In this document: one piece after another, positions 1 to 8,735 of the stretch
Numbering within the stretch: position 1 is the stretch's first letter
Layout of the letters: each line of letters begins with the position of its first letter
Assembly (NCBI RefSeq): GCF_000007185.1
Contig: NC_003551.1
Location: 799,646-831,645, forward strand
Length of the DNA stretch: 32,000 nt
Direction of reading: 5' to 3'
Source of the DNA: Methanopyrus kandleri AV19
Lineage (GTDB): Archaea > JAADCQ01 > Methanopyri > Methanopyrales > Methanopyraceae
The notes under the pieces: model-generated
What the model saw: the letters and a program-made list of their open reading frames with translations, nothing else
Database searches by the model: none
What the model was told of the DNA's origin: nothing
Position numbers and translations under genes: made by a program

Positions 1-517
1 TAGCCCCCGTACATACGGCCTTACCGGAGTAGAACAATAGCATCGCCACCTTGGGTTCCCTCAGTCTCAGTACCAGCCCTGGAAACTGCTCCGGTTCGTA
101 CTCGATCCCTTCGACGTCTTCGTCTCCCACCAAGACCTCCGCGATCGTGTCCAGGTCCAGTGGTACGTGGAAGTCGATCGACGCTACGATGTTCTGGATC
201 TCCACTTCGGGTTCTCCGTGGAACTTCACTCCGCACTTCTTCTCCAGGTCTTCCCTGACCCTCTCGACGCTCTTGTAAATCTGCTCCCGATTCTTGGCAC
301 CGGTACACACCATTTTCCCGGATCTGAAGATCAATACCACAGTACCGATGTCTTCGAGCCTGTATACGAGTCCCGGAAACTGTTCCGGTTCGTACTCCCC
401 TTGGAGTATTACGGAGCACTCGTCCAAGTTCACCTCTCCTTTGAGGTCGACGGATGCTACGATGTTCTGGATCTCCACTTCGGGTTCTGGTACACCCTCC
501 TCACGTTTTTCCGCCAC
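1..517 (-). CDS. tbp: TATA-box binding protein (TBP); 3' end runs off the left window edge
   Basis: Absent from the ORF track because no stop lies in the window. From GTG at 517 the minus strand reads [158 protein letters not shown]. Both TBP direct repeats are present. An in-frame stop at 578-580 bounds the 5' end, and GTG 535 is an alternative start. Confidence 0.92.
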   Translation of the reverse strand, partial: MAEKREEGVPEPEVEIQNIVASVDLKGEVNLDECSVILQGEYEPEQFPGLVYRLEDIGTVVLIFRSGKMVCTGAKNREQIYKSVERVREDLEKKCGVKFHGEPEVEIQNIVASIDFHVPLDLDTIAEVLVGDEDVEGIEYEPEQFPGLVLRLREPKVAMLLFYSGKAVCTGA

Positions 518-1577
518 GTCCGGTTCCCCCCTCACACGGCAGTGCCGGGACGGGTTCCCCCTCCAAGTACCGGAGGCCTAGGAGGCATAGGCCCCTAGCC
601 TCCAACTCTTCACCGGCGAAGATCGAGACGTCTCCCTCCCAAAGCTCCGACACCCTCCGTTTTAAAAGTTCGTTTTTAACACCACCCCCGGAGAGAACCA
701 GCAAGTCCATGTCGTACTGGGCCGCATTGATGACGATGGTCTCTGCCACGAGTTCTACCAAAGTACGGAGCACGTCTTCGGCTGGTGCCCCGGCATCTCG
801 AATGTGGTCTCTCAGAACTCGCTCCTGTTCCGGCGGAACAGGGGCCAAGCTACCTCGCACACGCCCGAAGACGGGCTTCCCGTCGACGTCAACACTTCTC
901 AACTCCCTCCGAAAGTTCTCGTCGACTTCTCCCTCGGCAGCTTTCTTACCACCTTCATCGTATTCCTTCCCCAACAGCTCACGTGCGGCCAAGTCGAGCG
1001 GGAACGTGCCGACACTGACCACAGCATCCCCGAAGTCGGGCCTTCCGTCCCTGATCGGGGTCACTACCGCCATCGCTCCCACGTCCACATGTACGCAGTT
1101 CGGGTACTCCTCCGCGACGCAGTACGGTGCACCCACCGCGTCCCCGTCGGGTGCTCCCCAGGGGTCCCCGTACACGGCCAGCGTCGGTACGCCCGTCTTC
1201 TCGTGGATCATAGGTCCGAGAATTAATCCGAGTTCGTCGACGATAGTCCCCACAACCGCGAGGTCAGGGTTAACGCGTCGCACACGCTCTATGACCCTGG
1301 GGGCTATCTCCTCCCGCAGCGCACGTCGGCTCTCCTCCAGCGTGAACACGCACGAGATCTTGCCGAAAACTCCCTCCTCCCGCGCTACGATCTCCCAATC
1401 CCCATCTTCATTCATAACGCAGTAATCCGTCCCCGTGTTTCCCAGCTGGATCCCCAACACACGCGTCAACGTCGACCCCCCGACCGTCTCCCGATGACGA
1501 TTTAAGAGCACCCGGGCGCCGGCGGTGAATCCGGAAACGGGGGGTACTGGATTATGCCCAAGACCAAGCACTGGCAC
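501..1577 (-). CDS. ASKHA-fold (actin/HSP70/BadF-hydantoinase-like) ATPase-like protein; possibly a methanogen-specific marker-type family
   Basis: 358-aa ORF. It has an N-terminal phosphate-1-like [12 protein letters not shown] and a later [13 protein letters not shown] (adenosine/phosphate-2-like). The true start is probably GTG 1460 or TTG 1469. The ATG at 1577 would overlap rpl22 and cover its TATA-like element. The 3' end overlaps the tbp start by 17 nt. The family assignment is pattern-based only. Confidence 0.65.
   Translation of the reverse strand: MPVLGLGHNPVPPVSGFTAGARVLLNRHRETVGGSTLTRVLGIQLGNTGTDYCVMNEDGDWEIVAREEGVFGKISCVFTLEESRRALREEIAPRVIERVRRVNPDLAVVGTIVDELGLILGPMIHEKTGVPTLAVYGDPWGAPDGDAVGAPYCVAEEYPNCVHVDVGAMAVVTPIRDGRPDFGDAVVSVGTFPLDLAARELLGKEYDEGGKKAAEGEVDENFRRELRSVDVDGKPVFGRVRGSLAPVPPEQERVLRDHIRDAGAPAEDVLRTLVELVAETIVINAAQYDMDLLVLSGGGVKNELLKRRVSELWEGDVSIFAGEELEARGLCLLGLRYLEGEPVPALPCEGGTGRGGKT
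1498..1508 (+). promoter_or_regulatory. TATA-like element upstream of the rpl22-rps3-rpl29-sui1 block
   Basis: CGATTTAAGAG is an A/T-rich island in GC-rich sequence, about 46 nt upstream of the rpl22 ATG. A G-rich SD-like GGGGGGT lies at 1540-1546. Confidence 0.35.
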
Positions 1578-2033
1578 TACTCAATCCCGCCGGAGGAGCT
1601 GGACGATGAACGGACTGCCAAAGCCTTCATACGAGAGCTGAGGATCTCCCCGAAGCATGCACGGGAGATATGCCGCGCAATCCGCGGGATGCCCCTAGAC
1701 AGGGCCAAAGAGTTCCTACGTCGCGTGATCAGGAAGGAGGAGGCCGTACCGTTCAGGAAGCACAAGAAGAAGGTGCCGCACCGTCGGCAGATACGGCCCG
1801 GATGGGACGCCGGTCGGTTCCCGGAGAAAGCCGCACGGGAGATCCTCCGCGTCCTGGAGCACGCGGAAGCTAACGCCGAGTACAAGGGATTGGACACAGA
1901 CCGCCTGTACATAAAGCACATAGCGGCGCACAAGGGCAGGGTGATTCGAGGTTGGATACCACGTGCCTTCGGTCGCGCAACCCCGTTTAATACTCCGACG
2001 ACTCACATCGAGGTGATTCTGGAGGAACGATGA
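1554..2033 (+). CDS. rpl22: 50S ribosomal protein uL22 (L22)
   Basis: 159 aa. The sequence [28 protein letters not shown]...[14 protein letters not shown]...[20 protein letters not shown]...HIEVIL is the typical archaeal L22/L17e pattern. It sits directly upstream of S3. Confidence 0.95.
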   Translation: MPKTKHWHYSIPPEELDDERTAKAFIRELRISPKHAREICRAIRGMPLDRAKEFLRRVIRKEEAVPFRKHKKKVPHRRQIRPGWDAGRFPEKAAREILRVLEHAEANAEYKGLDTDRLYIKHIAAHKGRVIRGWIPRAFGRATPFNTPTTHIEVILEER

Positions 2034-2046
2034 GGGGACAGTATCC

Positions 2047-2730
2047 ATGGTTATGTACGGTGAGAACGTGCCCGTGCACAAGAAGTTCGTGCAGTACGGG
2101 ATGCTTAAGACTGAGCTGGATGAGTACCTCGAAGAGGAGCTAGGCCGTGCCGGCTACGGTGGAATGAGGCTACAGCGCGTGCCCAACGCCACCAAGATTA
2201 TCGCCTACGTTGAGAGACCCGCTATCGCGATCGGTCGCCGTGGTCGCAACATTCGGCGGGTGGAAGAGGAGGTCCAGGAGAGGTTTCCTCTCCTAGGTCG
2301 AGTGTCGATCGAGGTGAAGGAGCTACCGAGTCCGGAGTTGAACCCACGCGTGGTGGCCAGGCGCCTAGCCTCGGCACTCGAGCGCGGTATCCACTTCCGC
2401 CGTGCCGCATACGGCGCGCTACGTCGCATCATGAACGCCGGAGCTAAGGGCGCGATGATAATCCTATCCGGTAAGCTCATCGGTGCTCGTGCCAGGACGG
2501 AGAAGTTCATGGAGGGAGCCGTGAAGTATTGCGGCGAGCCAGGTGACGAGTACATGATCGAAGGCTACGTACAGGCAGTGACTAAGCCCGGTGCCATCGG
2601 TGTGACGGTCCGCATCATGCCGCCCGATGTCGAACTGCCGGACGAGCTGGAGATCAGGCCACCGGAGGAGGTCGAGGACGAGCTGAAGGAACTCATCGGT
2701 AAGTCAGAGGACGAGGCCGAGGGGGCGTAA
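2047..2730 (+). CDS. rps3: 30S ribosomal protein uS3 (S3)
   Basis: 227 aa. KKFVQYGMLKTELDEYLEEELGRAGYGG..., a KH-type RPAIAIGRRGRNIRRVEEE, and the S3 C-terminal domain RRLASALERGIHFRRA. It has an acidic C-terminal tail. Confidence 0.95.
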   Translation: MVMYGENVPVHKKFVQYGMLKTELDEYLEEELGRAGYGGMRLQRVPNATKIIAYVERPAIAIGRRGRNIRRVEEEVQERFPLLGRVSIEVKELPSPELNPRVVARRLASALERGIHFRRAAYGALRRIMNAGAKGAMIILSGKLIGARARTEKFMEGAVKYCGEPGDEYMIEGYVQAVTKPGAIGVTVRIMPPDVELPDELEIRPPEEVEDELKELIGKSEDEAEGA

Positions 2731-2967
2731 GTGTTGGGTAAGTTCAAGCTAAGACCGGACGAGATCAGGGAAATGACGCCCGAGGAGCGACGGGAGAAAC
2801 TCAAAGAGCTCAAGGCGGAGCTACTTCGAGAGATGACTTCGAAATCGATCTCAGGGGTCCCGGACAATCCTGGCAGGGTAAAAGAAATAAAGAAGAACAT
2901 CGCAAGGATATTGACGACAGAAAGAGAAGAAGAGCTGCGTAAGATCCGTGAGACGGAAAAGGGTTAG
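2731..2967 (+). CDS. rpl29: 50S ribosomal protein uL29 (L29)
   Basis: 78 aa. The GTG start directly abuts the S3 TAA stop. LRPDEIREMTPEERREKLKELKAELLRE...NPGRVKEIKKNIARILT is the L29 signature helix-hairpin. Confidence 0.9.
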   Translation: MLGKFKLRPDEIREMTPEERREKLKELKAELLREMTSKSISGVPDNPGRVKEIKKNIARILTTEREEELRKIRETEKG

Positions 2968-2986
2968 AGGGGAACTCGGAGTAGAG

Positions 2987-3307
2987 ATGCAGGAAGACGA
3001 CATCTGCCCGGTTTGCGGTCTTCCCAAGGAACTTTGCGTATGTGAGGAAGTTTCCAAGGAGACAGTTGAGAAGATCAAAATATACACTGAGCAGGTCCGA
3101 CCAGGTAAGGTAGTGACCATCATAGAGGGCTTAGACGACGCCGGTATCGACTTGCAAGAACTAGCCAGCAAGCTCAAGCGTGAGTGTGCCTGCGGGGGTA
3201 CGGCCAAGGAGGGTAAGATAATCCTACAAGGAGACCACCGTAACAAGGTCCGAGAGTTCTTGATTAAGAAGGAAGGCTTCTCAGAAGACGCCATCGAGGT
3301 CACGTGA
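2987..3307 (+). CDS. Translation initiation factor SUI1 (aIF1/eIF1 family)
   Basis: The ORF opens at 2948, but ATG 2987 (MQEDDICPVCGLPKELCVCEE...) avoids overlap with L29. It has an N-terminal CxxC...CxC zinc knuckle and the SUI1 core KIKIYTEQVRPGKVVTIIEGL...LASKLKRECACGGTAKEGKIILQGDHRNKVREFL. Confidence 0.9.
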   Translation: MQEDDICPVCGLPKELCVCEEVSKETVEKIKIYTEQVRPGKVVTIIEGLDDAGIDLQELASKLKRECACGGTAKEGKIILQGDHRNKVREFLIKKEGFSEDAIEVT

Positions 3308-4004
3308 TCCCCATCAAAAACACCCTTCTGCCCGATATCTCCTCGGGGAACGCCACTCCTACATGGACTTGGTACCCGTGTTCTTCCAGAAACTTCCCCC
3401 TCATTCTACACACTTCAAGCTGGTATTCGACAGAACTTTCCGCCCTCTTGAGCACCTCACGGACTCTTTCTATACCCTCATCTACGCCGAGTTCCTCCAC
3501 GATCACGCGGGGGCTGGCCCTACCGTAGCAGCAAGGTACAACGAGTACGAAATGTGCGTCCGAGTTCACGGCCAGCTTGAGGAGCCTATCCGTGAGCGTA
3601 CCGCACAGGTGTAATCCCACGATGACATCGGGGTCGTCCGGGAGACCATACTTCGCCGTCTCGTGAAGGTCGTTGACTTCGAATTCCAAGTTGTCGAGTC
3701 CCACTGATTCAACGTAGCGCTCGAGCTCCGTCCAAGTCTCGAACTCCTTGATGTCGAACCCGAGCACGTCACAGGACGGCGAAGAAACCGCCAGCGCCGT
3801 CGTCAGTGTCCCGCGGCCGCACCCGCAGTCTACTACCGTGTCCCCTGGTTTTAGCCTTGAGCATAGTAGCGTTAGTATAGTCTCAACTTGCTTCTTCTTC
3901 CTCCATGCGTCCCGACCGGACCTCGGAAACGCACACCTCGGTAAATACAGACAGCTCATACCGGAGGGGGTTCGATACCTTAACTCCAAGTCCCCTTCCC
4001 CCAC
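3300..4004 (-). CDS. Class I SAM-dependent methyltransferase (specificity unknown)
   Basis: 234 aa. Motif I is GDTVVDCGCGRGTLT, with post-I acidic LGFDI and later VIVGLHLCGTLTD. The only usable starts are ATG 4004 or ATG 3959. Both overlap the divergent rpp29 start at 3905. Confidence 0.8.
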   Translation of the reverse strand: MGEGDLELRYRTPSGMSCLYLPRCAFPRSGRDAWRKKKQVETILTLLCSRLKPGDTVVDCGCGRGTLTTALAVSSPSCDVLGFDIKEFETWTELERYVESVGLDNLEFEVNDLHETAKYGLPDDPDVIVGLHLCGTLTDRLLKLAVNSDAHFVLVVPCCYGRASPRVIVEELGVDEGIERVREVLKRAESSVEYQLEVCRMRGKFLEEHGYQVHVGVAFPEEISGRRVFLMGIT

Positions 4005-4231
4005 CCCCCGACCCTGAGGAACTAGTCGGTAAGAAGTTCAGAGTCGTGAGAGCGAACTCCCGGACCTACTTGGGGATATCCGGTCGCGTGGTCGGCTTCA
4101 CTAAGAACTGCTTGGTCTACGATGACGGTGGTGGTGATCAGAAGATACTCCCTCTCCGCCACATCGTGATGGAAGTGGAAGGGTTGCGCGTGGATGGCCG
4201 TACGTTACTCCGGCTCCTTCAAGAGCTTTAA
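3905..4231 (+). CDS. rnp1: RNase P protein component 1 (Rpp29/Pop4 family)
   Basis: The C-terminal 70 aa read ELVGKKFRVVRANSRTYLGISGRVVGFTKNCLVYDDGGGDQKILPLRHIVMEVEGLRVDGRTL. This matches the Rpp29 Sm-like barrel pattern (ELiG..vrVv.s....vGi.G.Vv.ET.N.Lvi....k..P). No ATG, GTG or TTG lies in frame between 3905 and the conserved core. Confidence 0.75.
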   Translation: MRPDRTSETHTSVNTDSSYRRGFDTLTPSPLPPPPDPEELVGKKFRVVRANSRTYLGISGRVVGFTKNCLVYDDGGGDQKILPLRHIVMEVEGLRVDGRTLLRLLQEL

Positions 4232-4942
4232 CAGTTCAATCGGTACTGGGATCACTATGGTGACGTTCTCTTCCGCTGAGACCTCGGAGAGCGTCTGAAG
4301 GGTCCTCAGTAAGCCTGGGTTCACTCCTAAGACCTCCGATGCCTTCCGTAGATCCTGTGCGGCCTGTTTCTCCGCTTCCGCTTGGATCACCCTAGCTCGA
4401 CGATCCCGTTCAGCTTCCGCCTGTCGGGCTATCGCCCGTCTCATCTCTTCGGGCAATATTACGTCGCGGATTTCGACACCGGTGACGTGGATTCCCCATC
4501 CCTCCGTCTTCTCGTCTATGATCTCCCGAATACGCTCGCTCAGCTCCTCCCGCTTCGCTAGAATATCGTCCAAGTCGACCTCACCGAGCACCGATCTCAG
4601 TGTGGTTTGCGCCAGGTTGAACACGGCCTCTTCATAATCCTCGACGTTTAGCACGGCGGAGACGGGATCCACTACCCGGTAGTATATGACGGCGTCGACT
4701 TTAATCGGTACGTTATCCTTGGTGATGACTTCCTGAGCCGGTATGTTCTGAGTAACGACCCGAAGATCCACCTTGATCATCTTGTCGATGAACGGGACGA
4801 TGAAGTTGAGACCGGGTTCCCTAGTTCCAATGTACCGTCCAAGTCGTAGGAGTACGCCTCGCTCGTATTGATTCACTATCCGAACCGAGGCCGCCAGCAC
4901 GAGGAGGGCCAGTACTCCTCCGACCACTAGCGGTATGATCAA
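4205..4942 (-). CDS. SPFH/band-7 protein (stomatin/prohibitin homologue)
   Basis: 245 aa. An N-terminal TM helix is followed by VRIVNQYERGVLLRLGRY...PGLNFIVPFIDK...VDLR...DAVIYYRV.DP, then the coiled EAERDRRARVIQAEAEKQAA segment. Confidence 0.9.
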   Translation of the reverse strand: MIIPLVVGGVLALLVLAASVRIVNQYERGVLLRLGRYIGTREPGLNFIVPFIDKMIKVDLRVVTQNIPAQEVITKDNVPIKVDAVIYYRVVDPVSAVLNVEDYEEAVFNLAQTTLRSVLGEVDLDDILAKREELSERIREIIDEKTEGWGIHVTGVEIRDVILPEEMRRAIARQAEAERDRRARVIQAEAEKQAAQDLRKASEVLGVNPGLLRTLQTLSEVSAEENVTIVIPVPIELLKLLKEPE

Positions 4943-5367
4943 CGCCGCTCCCCGGTTTTCCTCCGCTTAACTACGAGTTTATTACCTTTTACATCCAGTA
5001 CGACCACCCGCTCCCCTCGCCGTAACCGGGTCTTAGAGACGGCTCTCCACGGTTCTCCACGTACTTTCACCAATAGCGGGTCTTCCCGGATTACGATGCC
5101 TTCCTCCCCTTTAAGCTCCCCGACGCTCTTCAGAAGAACGTCGCTGCTTTCTTCCGTTCGTCTCAGAACCGCCGCCACCTGCATGAGGAGGACGAACGCG
5201 CCGGGCGGAAGTGTGGCAATCAGATATTTCGTTCCCATCAGGTACGCTCCGACCCACGCGCATACTACCCCTATCATGGCCACTATACCAGTGTTAAGTA
5301 CGCAATCTAAAACTATCAGCCCCACGCCCGCAAGGAGGAGACAGAGCTCTTGAGACAAGGTGTCCAC
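4939..5367 (-). CDS. NfeD-like membrane protein (stomatin operon partner)
   Basis: 142 aa. Three predicted TM helices are followed by a C-terminal OB-like LKGEEGIVIREDPLLVKVRGEPWRAVS...GERVVVLDVKGNKLVV. Its stop overlaps the stomatin start by 4 nt, the classic nfeD-stomatin pairing. Confidence 0.8.
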   Translation of the reverse strand: MDTLSQELCLLLAGVGLIVLDCVLNTGIVAMIGVVCAWVGAYLMGTKYLIATLPPGAFVLLMQVAAVLRRTEESSDVLLKSVGELKGEEGIVIREDPLLVKVRGEPWRAVSKTRLRRGERVVVLDVKGNKLVVKRRKTGERR

Positions 5368-5392
5368 CCCCTAGAACTATCCCTCCGGTTAT

Positions 5393-6721
5393 GTGATATT
5401 CGAGCGGGGGAGCCACGTGGACGTAGTGATCGGTGCGGGACCTGCCGGCCGCACTTACGCAATGATCCTCGCCGAAGCTGGACACGAAGTGCTGCTACTT
5501 GATAGAAATGGAAAGGAAGGAACCGGTGGCAAATGCCTGAACGAGGCGTGTGTCGTGCTCGGTGCGCTGATCGAGGCCGCTAGACTCGTCGTGTGGGCGA
5601 AGCTCGGTATTCCGGGAGTGGAGCTGGACGTCGGGGACATCAACTTCAGACGTCTAACGCGGTCCGTAAGGAAAGTCGTAGAGACCATACGACAACGATT
5701 GATCAAAGAGACCGAGAGAGCCGGTGTTGAGATTCTGCGGGCTGAGGCGGTGAAGGTAGACGAGTCGCTCAACGTCTACACCAAAGATGGTGATGTTCTC
5801 GAGGCCGATAGAGTGCTGATAGCCACCGGTTCCCGACCGGCGATTCCCGAGGTGGAGGGGGTGGATTCGGACGCCGTGTTTACTTTTCGGGAAATTTTGG
5901 AAATGGAAGTGCCCTCAGAGCTCTGCGTCGTCGGTGGAGGTCCGACGGCCCTTGAGTCCGCTTTTGCTTTCGCGGCTCTCGGGTCCGAAGTAGTTCTGGC
6001 GTACAGGTCTAGAATACTACCGAATGCTCCGGAGGAAGTCCGTCGCGAGATCCTTAAGGATTTGGAGCTCGTGGGTGTCAACGCCGTCCGTGCGGGAGAA
6101 CTACGGGCGATTCGGGAGACTTCCAGCGGTGTGGAATGTAGGTTTGAGCGCGGAGCTACCGTGGCGGACGCAGTTTTACTAGCCACTGGCCTCGAACCTA
6201 ACTCCGATATTGCCGCTAACTCCGGACTCCCCTTACGGAAGGACGGGTCCGTCGTGGTGGATGATGGGATGAGAACACCGCGTGATGGAGTTTACGCTGC
6301 AGGCGACGTGACAGGACCTCCCTATCTGACTCCCGTCGCTCGGTACGAGGGAACGGTGGCCGCACTGAACGCGTTGGGCAAGAACGTCCGACGGGGGAAT
6401 CCGCCGGCTCCTCGCGTGATCAGACTCTTCCGAGACTTCGGCCGACTGGAACTGAGGGGGATCGACTGGGAAGGCTCACTCCCTACACCGGTAGGTGGAC
6501 CCGCGTTCTGGATGCTTCATCATGGTATCAAGGGTAAGATGGTGTGCAGGAAGCGCGGAGTTACTACCGAGGCGTTCATCGTGGCGCCCAGAATCGCACC
6601 GATGCTCCCGTACCCACGCTGTGTGGAACCTGACTGGCGGCTGATCGAGGTGCATCCTACCCCGGACCCTGTGATCGGCCTGCTCAAGCAGCTGGGGCTC
6701 CGCAGGACGCTTGGTGAGTGA
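5393..6721 (+). CDS. Class I FAD-dependent pyridine nucleotide-disulfide oxidoreductase (dihydrolipoamide dehydrogenase / mercuric reductase-like)
   Basis: 442 aa. FAD motif VVIGAGPAGRTYA, a redox-disulfide-like GGKCLNEACV (CxxxxC), NAD motif VVGGGPTALESA, second FAD motif VYAAGDVTG, and a C-terminal HPT motif (EVHPTPDP). The start is GTG, and GTG 5417 is an alternative. Confidence 0.85.
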   Translation: MIFERGSHVDVVIGAGPAGRTYAMILAEAGHEVLLLDRNGKEGTGGKCLNEACVVLGALIEAARLVVWAKLGIPGVELDVGDINFRRLTRSVRKVVETIRQRLIKETERAGVEILRAEAVKVDESLNVYTKDGDVLEADRVLIATGSRPAIPEVEGVDSDAVFTFREILEMEVPSELCVVGGGPTALESAFAFAALGSEVVLAYRSRILPNAPEEVRREILKDLELVGVNAVRAGELRAIRETSSGVECRFERGATVADAVLLATGLEPNSDIAANSGLPLRKDGSVVVDDGMRTPRDGVYAAGDVTGPPYLTPVARYEGTVAALNALGKNVRRGNPPAPRVIRLFRDFGRLELRGIDWEGSLPTPVGGPAFWMLHHGIKGKMVCRKRGVTTEAFIVAPRIAPMLPYPRCVEPDWRLIEVHPTPDPVIGLLKQLGLRRTLGE

Positions 6722-6722
6722 A

Positions 6723-8729
6723 TCATCTGATCCGCTCTCCGGGCTCCACTTCCCTCTTACTCTCGTCGATAGTCAACAATGCGGGTTCGTCCCCAACGGC
6801 CAGGATCATCGCTTCCGACCGTACGCCGAACATCTCTTTGGGTTGGATGTTGGCTAGTACAACCACCTTACGTCCGACGAGCTCCTCTGGCTCATACGTA
6901 GGATACAGTCCGGCTACTGCTGTTACGGTACGATCTCCGATATCGATCCGGAGCTTGATGAGTCGATCAGAGCCCTCGACACGTTCCGCTTCTTTGATCT
7001 TGCCTACCCGCAGGTCTAATCGATTGAATTCCTCGAGCGATACGTACTCGTCGTCCTGCCCTTCGGACTCTCCTGATTCTTCCGGCAGTAACGCCTTAGC
7101 TTTCTCAAGGTCCTCCTCCGTTACCTTCGGGAAAATGGGCTCGGGCTCCGGTATCTCCTTAGTCTCTACGTCCTCCAAGGCTTCTTCCCAATCGACGTCA
7201 TGTACGGAGTCTTCGTAACCAAGACTCTGCCAAATCTTCTCCGCACTATCCGGAAGGAACGGGGCTAACATTACAGCTAGCGCTTTCACAATTCTAGCGC
7301 ACCCACGTAGAACTTCGGCACAACGCTCTGGATCTTCATCCTTAAGTTTCCACGGCTCGTGTTCTTGGAAGTACTCATTCCCAAACTTAGATAGACGTAA
7401 TACCTCTGTGAGCGCCTCCCTGAATCGGAACTTCTCCAGATGTTCCGTCACACGCTGGTGAGTTTCTTTTATCTTATCGACTATCTCCTGGTCAGTCTCG
7501 GCTTCGGGAACGTTTCCGTCTAAGAATCTATAAATAAACGATAGCGTGCGATACACAAAGTTACCTAAGTTAGCCACTAATTCGTTGTTCACACGGTCCC
7601 GGAAGTCTCCCCACGAGAAATCCGCATCCCTGGTGAGCGGGCTCACCACTATGAGGTAGTATCGTAGCAGATCCGCAGGGAACAGCTTGGTGAAGTCTTT
7701 GACCCACACTACCCAACCACGACTTGTACTCATCTTTTCTCCTTCTAAGGTCAAATACTCGCCAGCCACGATAGTGTATGGGAGAGTCGCTCCGACGCCC
7801 ATGAGCATGGCCGGCCAGAACAGGGCGTGATGGACTATTATGTCCTTACCGATGAAGTGAACTATTTTCGTATCTTCACTAAACCAGTAGTCTTTCCAGT
7901 CTTGACCTACCCTATCACAGTATTGTTTCGTGAACGTTACGTATCCTATAGGAGCATCGAACCAAACATAAAACACCTTATCTTCGTATCCTTCCAGGGG
8001 AACGGGTACTCCCCAGTCTAGATCACGCACTATATCCCAATCCTTGAGTCCTTCACGAACCCATTGGATGGCATAATTACGCACGTTCTTAGGCAGATTG
8101 TCGTTGGACTCTAACCACTTCTTCAGATCTTCTTCGAATTCGCTAAGCTTGAAGAACAGGTGCATAGTGCGCCGGACCTCTGGCTTCGATCCACAGATGA
8201 CACACCTCGGCTCTTCGAGTTGTACGGGCTCCAGGTAGCGACCGCAGGCCTCGCAATGGTCGCCTCGGGCACCTTCAGCACCGCAGTAGGGGCATACTCC
8301 TTCGACGTACCTGTCCGGAAGGGGCCTTTCGCACTCAGGACAGTAGAGTTGTTCGACCTCCCTCTCCTCTATGTACCCCGCTTCGTACAACCTCTTGAAA
8401 AACCATTGTGTCATATCCACGTGGTCAGGATTGAACTCGCGGCAGGTGCATGAGAACTCGTCGAAGTGGATGTTCAATCGCTCTAAGTCCTCTTTGATCA
8501 TCTCGTGGTATTTTTCCACGATCTCCTCGGGATCCTTCCCCTCGAGCTCGGCCTGTAGCGCTATCGGGACCCCGTGGTTGTCAGTCCCGCCGATATGTAT
8601 AGCGTCGATACCACGCATCTTGAGGAACCTCGTGTACACATCGGCGGGGAGGTACGTGCTCCTAACGTGGCCGATGTGGAGTGGGCCGTTGGTGTACGCC
8701 AAGGCCGTAGTTACGAGTACCTTCCCCAA
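6723..8729 (-). CDS. metG: Methionyl-tRNA synthetase with C-terminal tRNA-binding (Trbp111/EMAP-like) domain
   Basis: 668 aa. HIGH motif (PLHIGHVRS), KMSKS motif (KMSTSRG), the Cys-rich connective-peptide knuckles CPECERP...CPYCGA...CEACGRYL...CVICGSKP, and a C-terminal LDLRVGKIKEAERVEGSDRLIKLRIDIG OB domain. The start is TTG. Confidence 0.97.
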   Translation of the reverse strand: MGKVLVTTALAYTNGPLHIGHVRSTYLPADVYTRFLKMRGIDAIHIGGTDNHGVPIALQAELEGKDPEEIVEKYHEMIKEDLERLNIHFDEFSCTCREFNPDHVDMTQWFFKRLYEAGYIEEREVEQLYCPECERPLPDRYVEGVCPYCGAEGARGDHCEACGRYLEPVQLEEPRCVICGSKPEVRRTMHLFFKLSEFEEDLKKWLESNDNLPKNVRNYAIQWVREGLKDWDIVRDLDWGVPVPLEGYEDKVFYVWFDAPIGYVTFTKQYCDRVGQDWKDYWFSEDTKIVHFIGKDIIVHHALFWPAMLMGVGATLPYTIVAGEYLTLEGEKMSTSRGWVVWVKDFTKLFPADLLRYYLIVVSPLTRDADFSWGDFRDRVNNELVANLGNFVYRTLSFIYRFLDGNVPEAETDQEIVDKIKETHQRVTEHLEKFRFREALTEVLRLSKFGNEYFQEHEPWKLKDEDPERCAEVLRGCARIVKALAVMLAPFLPDSAEKIWQSLGYEDSVHDVDWEEALEDVETKEIPEPEPIFPKVTEEDLEKAKALLPEESGESEGQDDEYVSLEEFNRLDLRVGKIKEAERVEGSDRLIKLRIDIGDRTVTAVAGLYPTYEPEELVGRKVVVLANIQPKEMFGVRSEAMILAVGDEPALLTIDESKREVEPGERIR

Positions 8730-8735
8730 TACCGG

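Noticed and set aside
21-419. 132-aa minus-strand ORF, plus the plus-strand ORFs at 51-598
   Set aside because: These are Arg/Gly-rich or low-complexity ORFs. The same DNA encodes an unmistakable TBP in another minus-strand frame.
454-1425. 323-aa plus-strand ORF, together with the overlapping plus-strand ORFs at 785-1018 and 804-1226
   Set aside because: It is Ser/Thr/Pro-rich with no motifs, and it lies antisense to the ASKHA-like gene, whose frame has real ATPase-like motifs. This is a typical high-GC shadow ORF.
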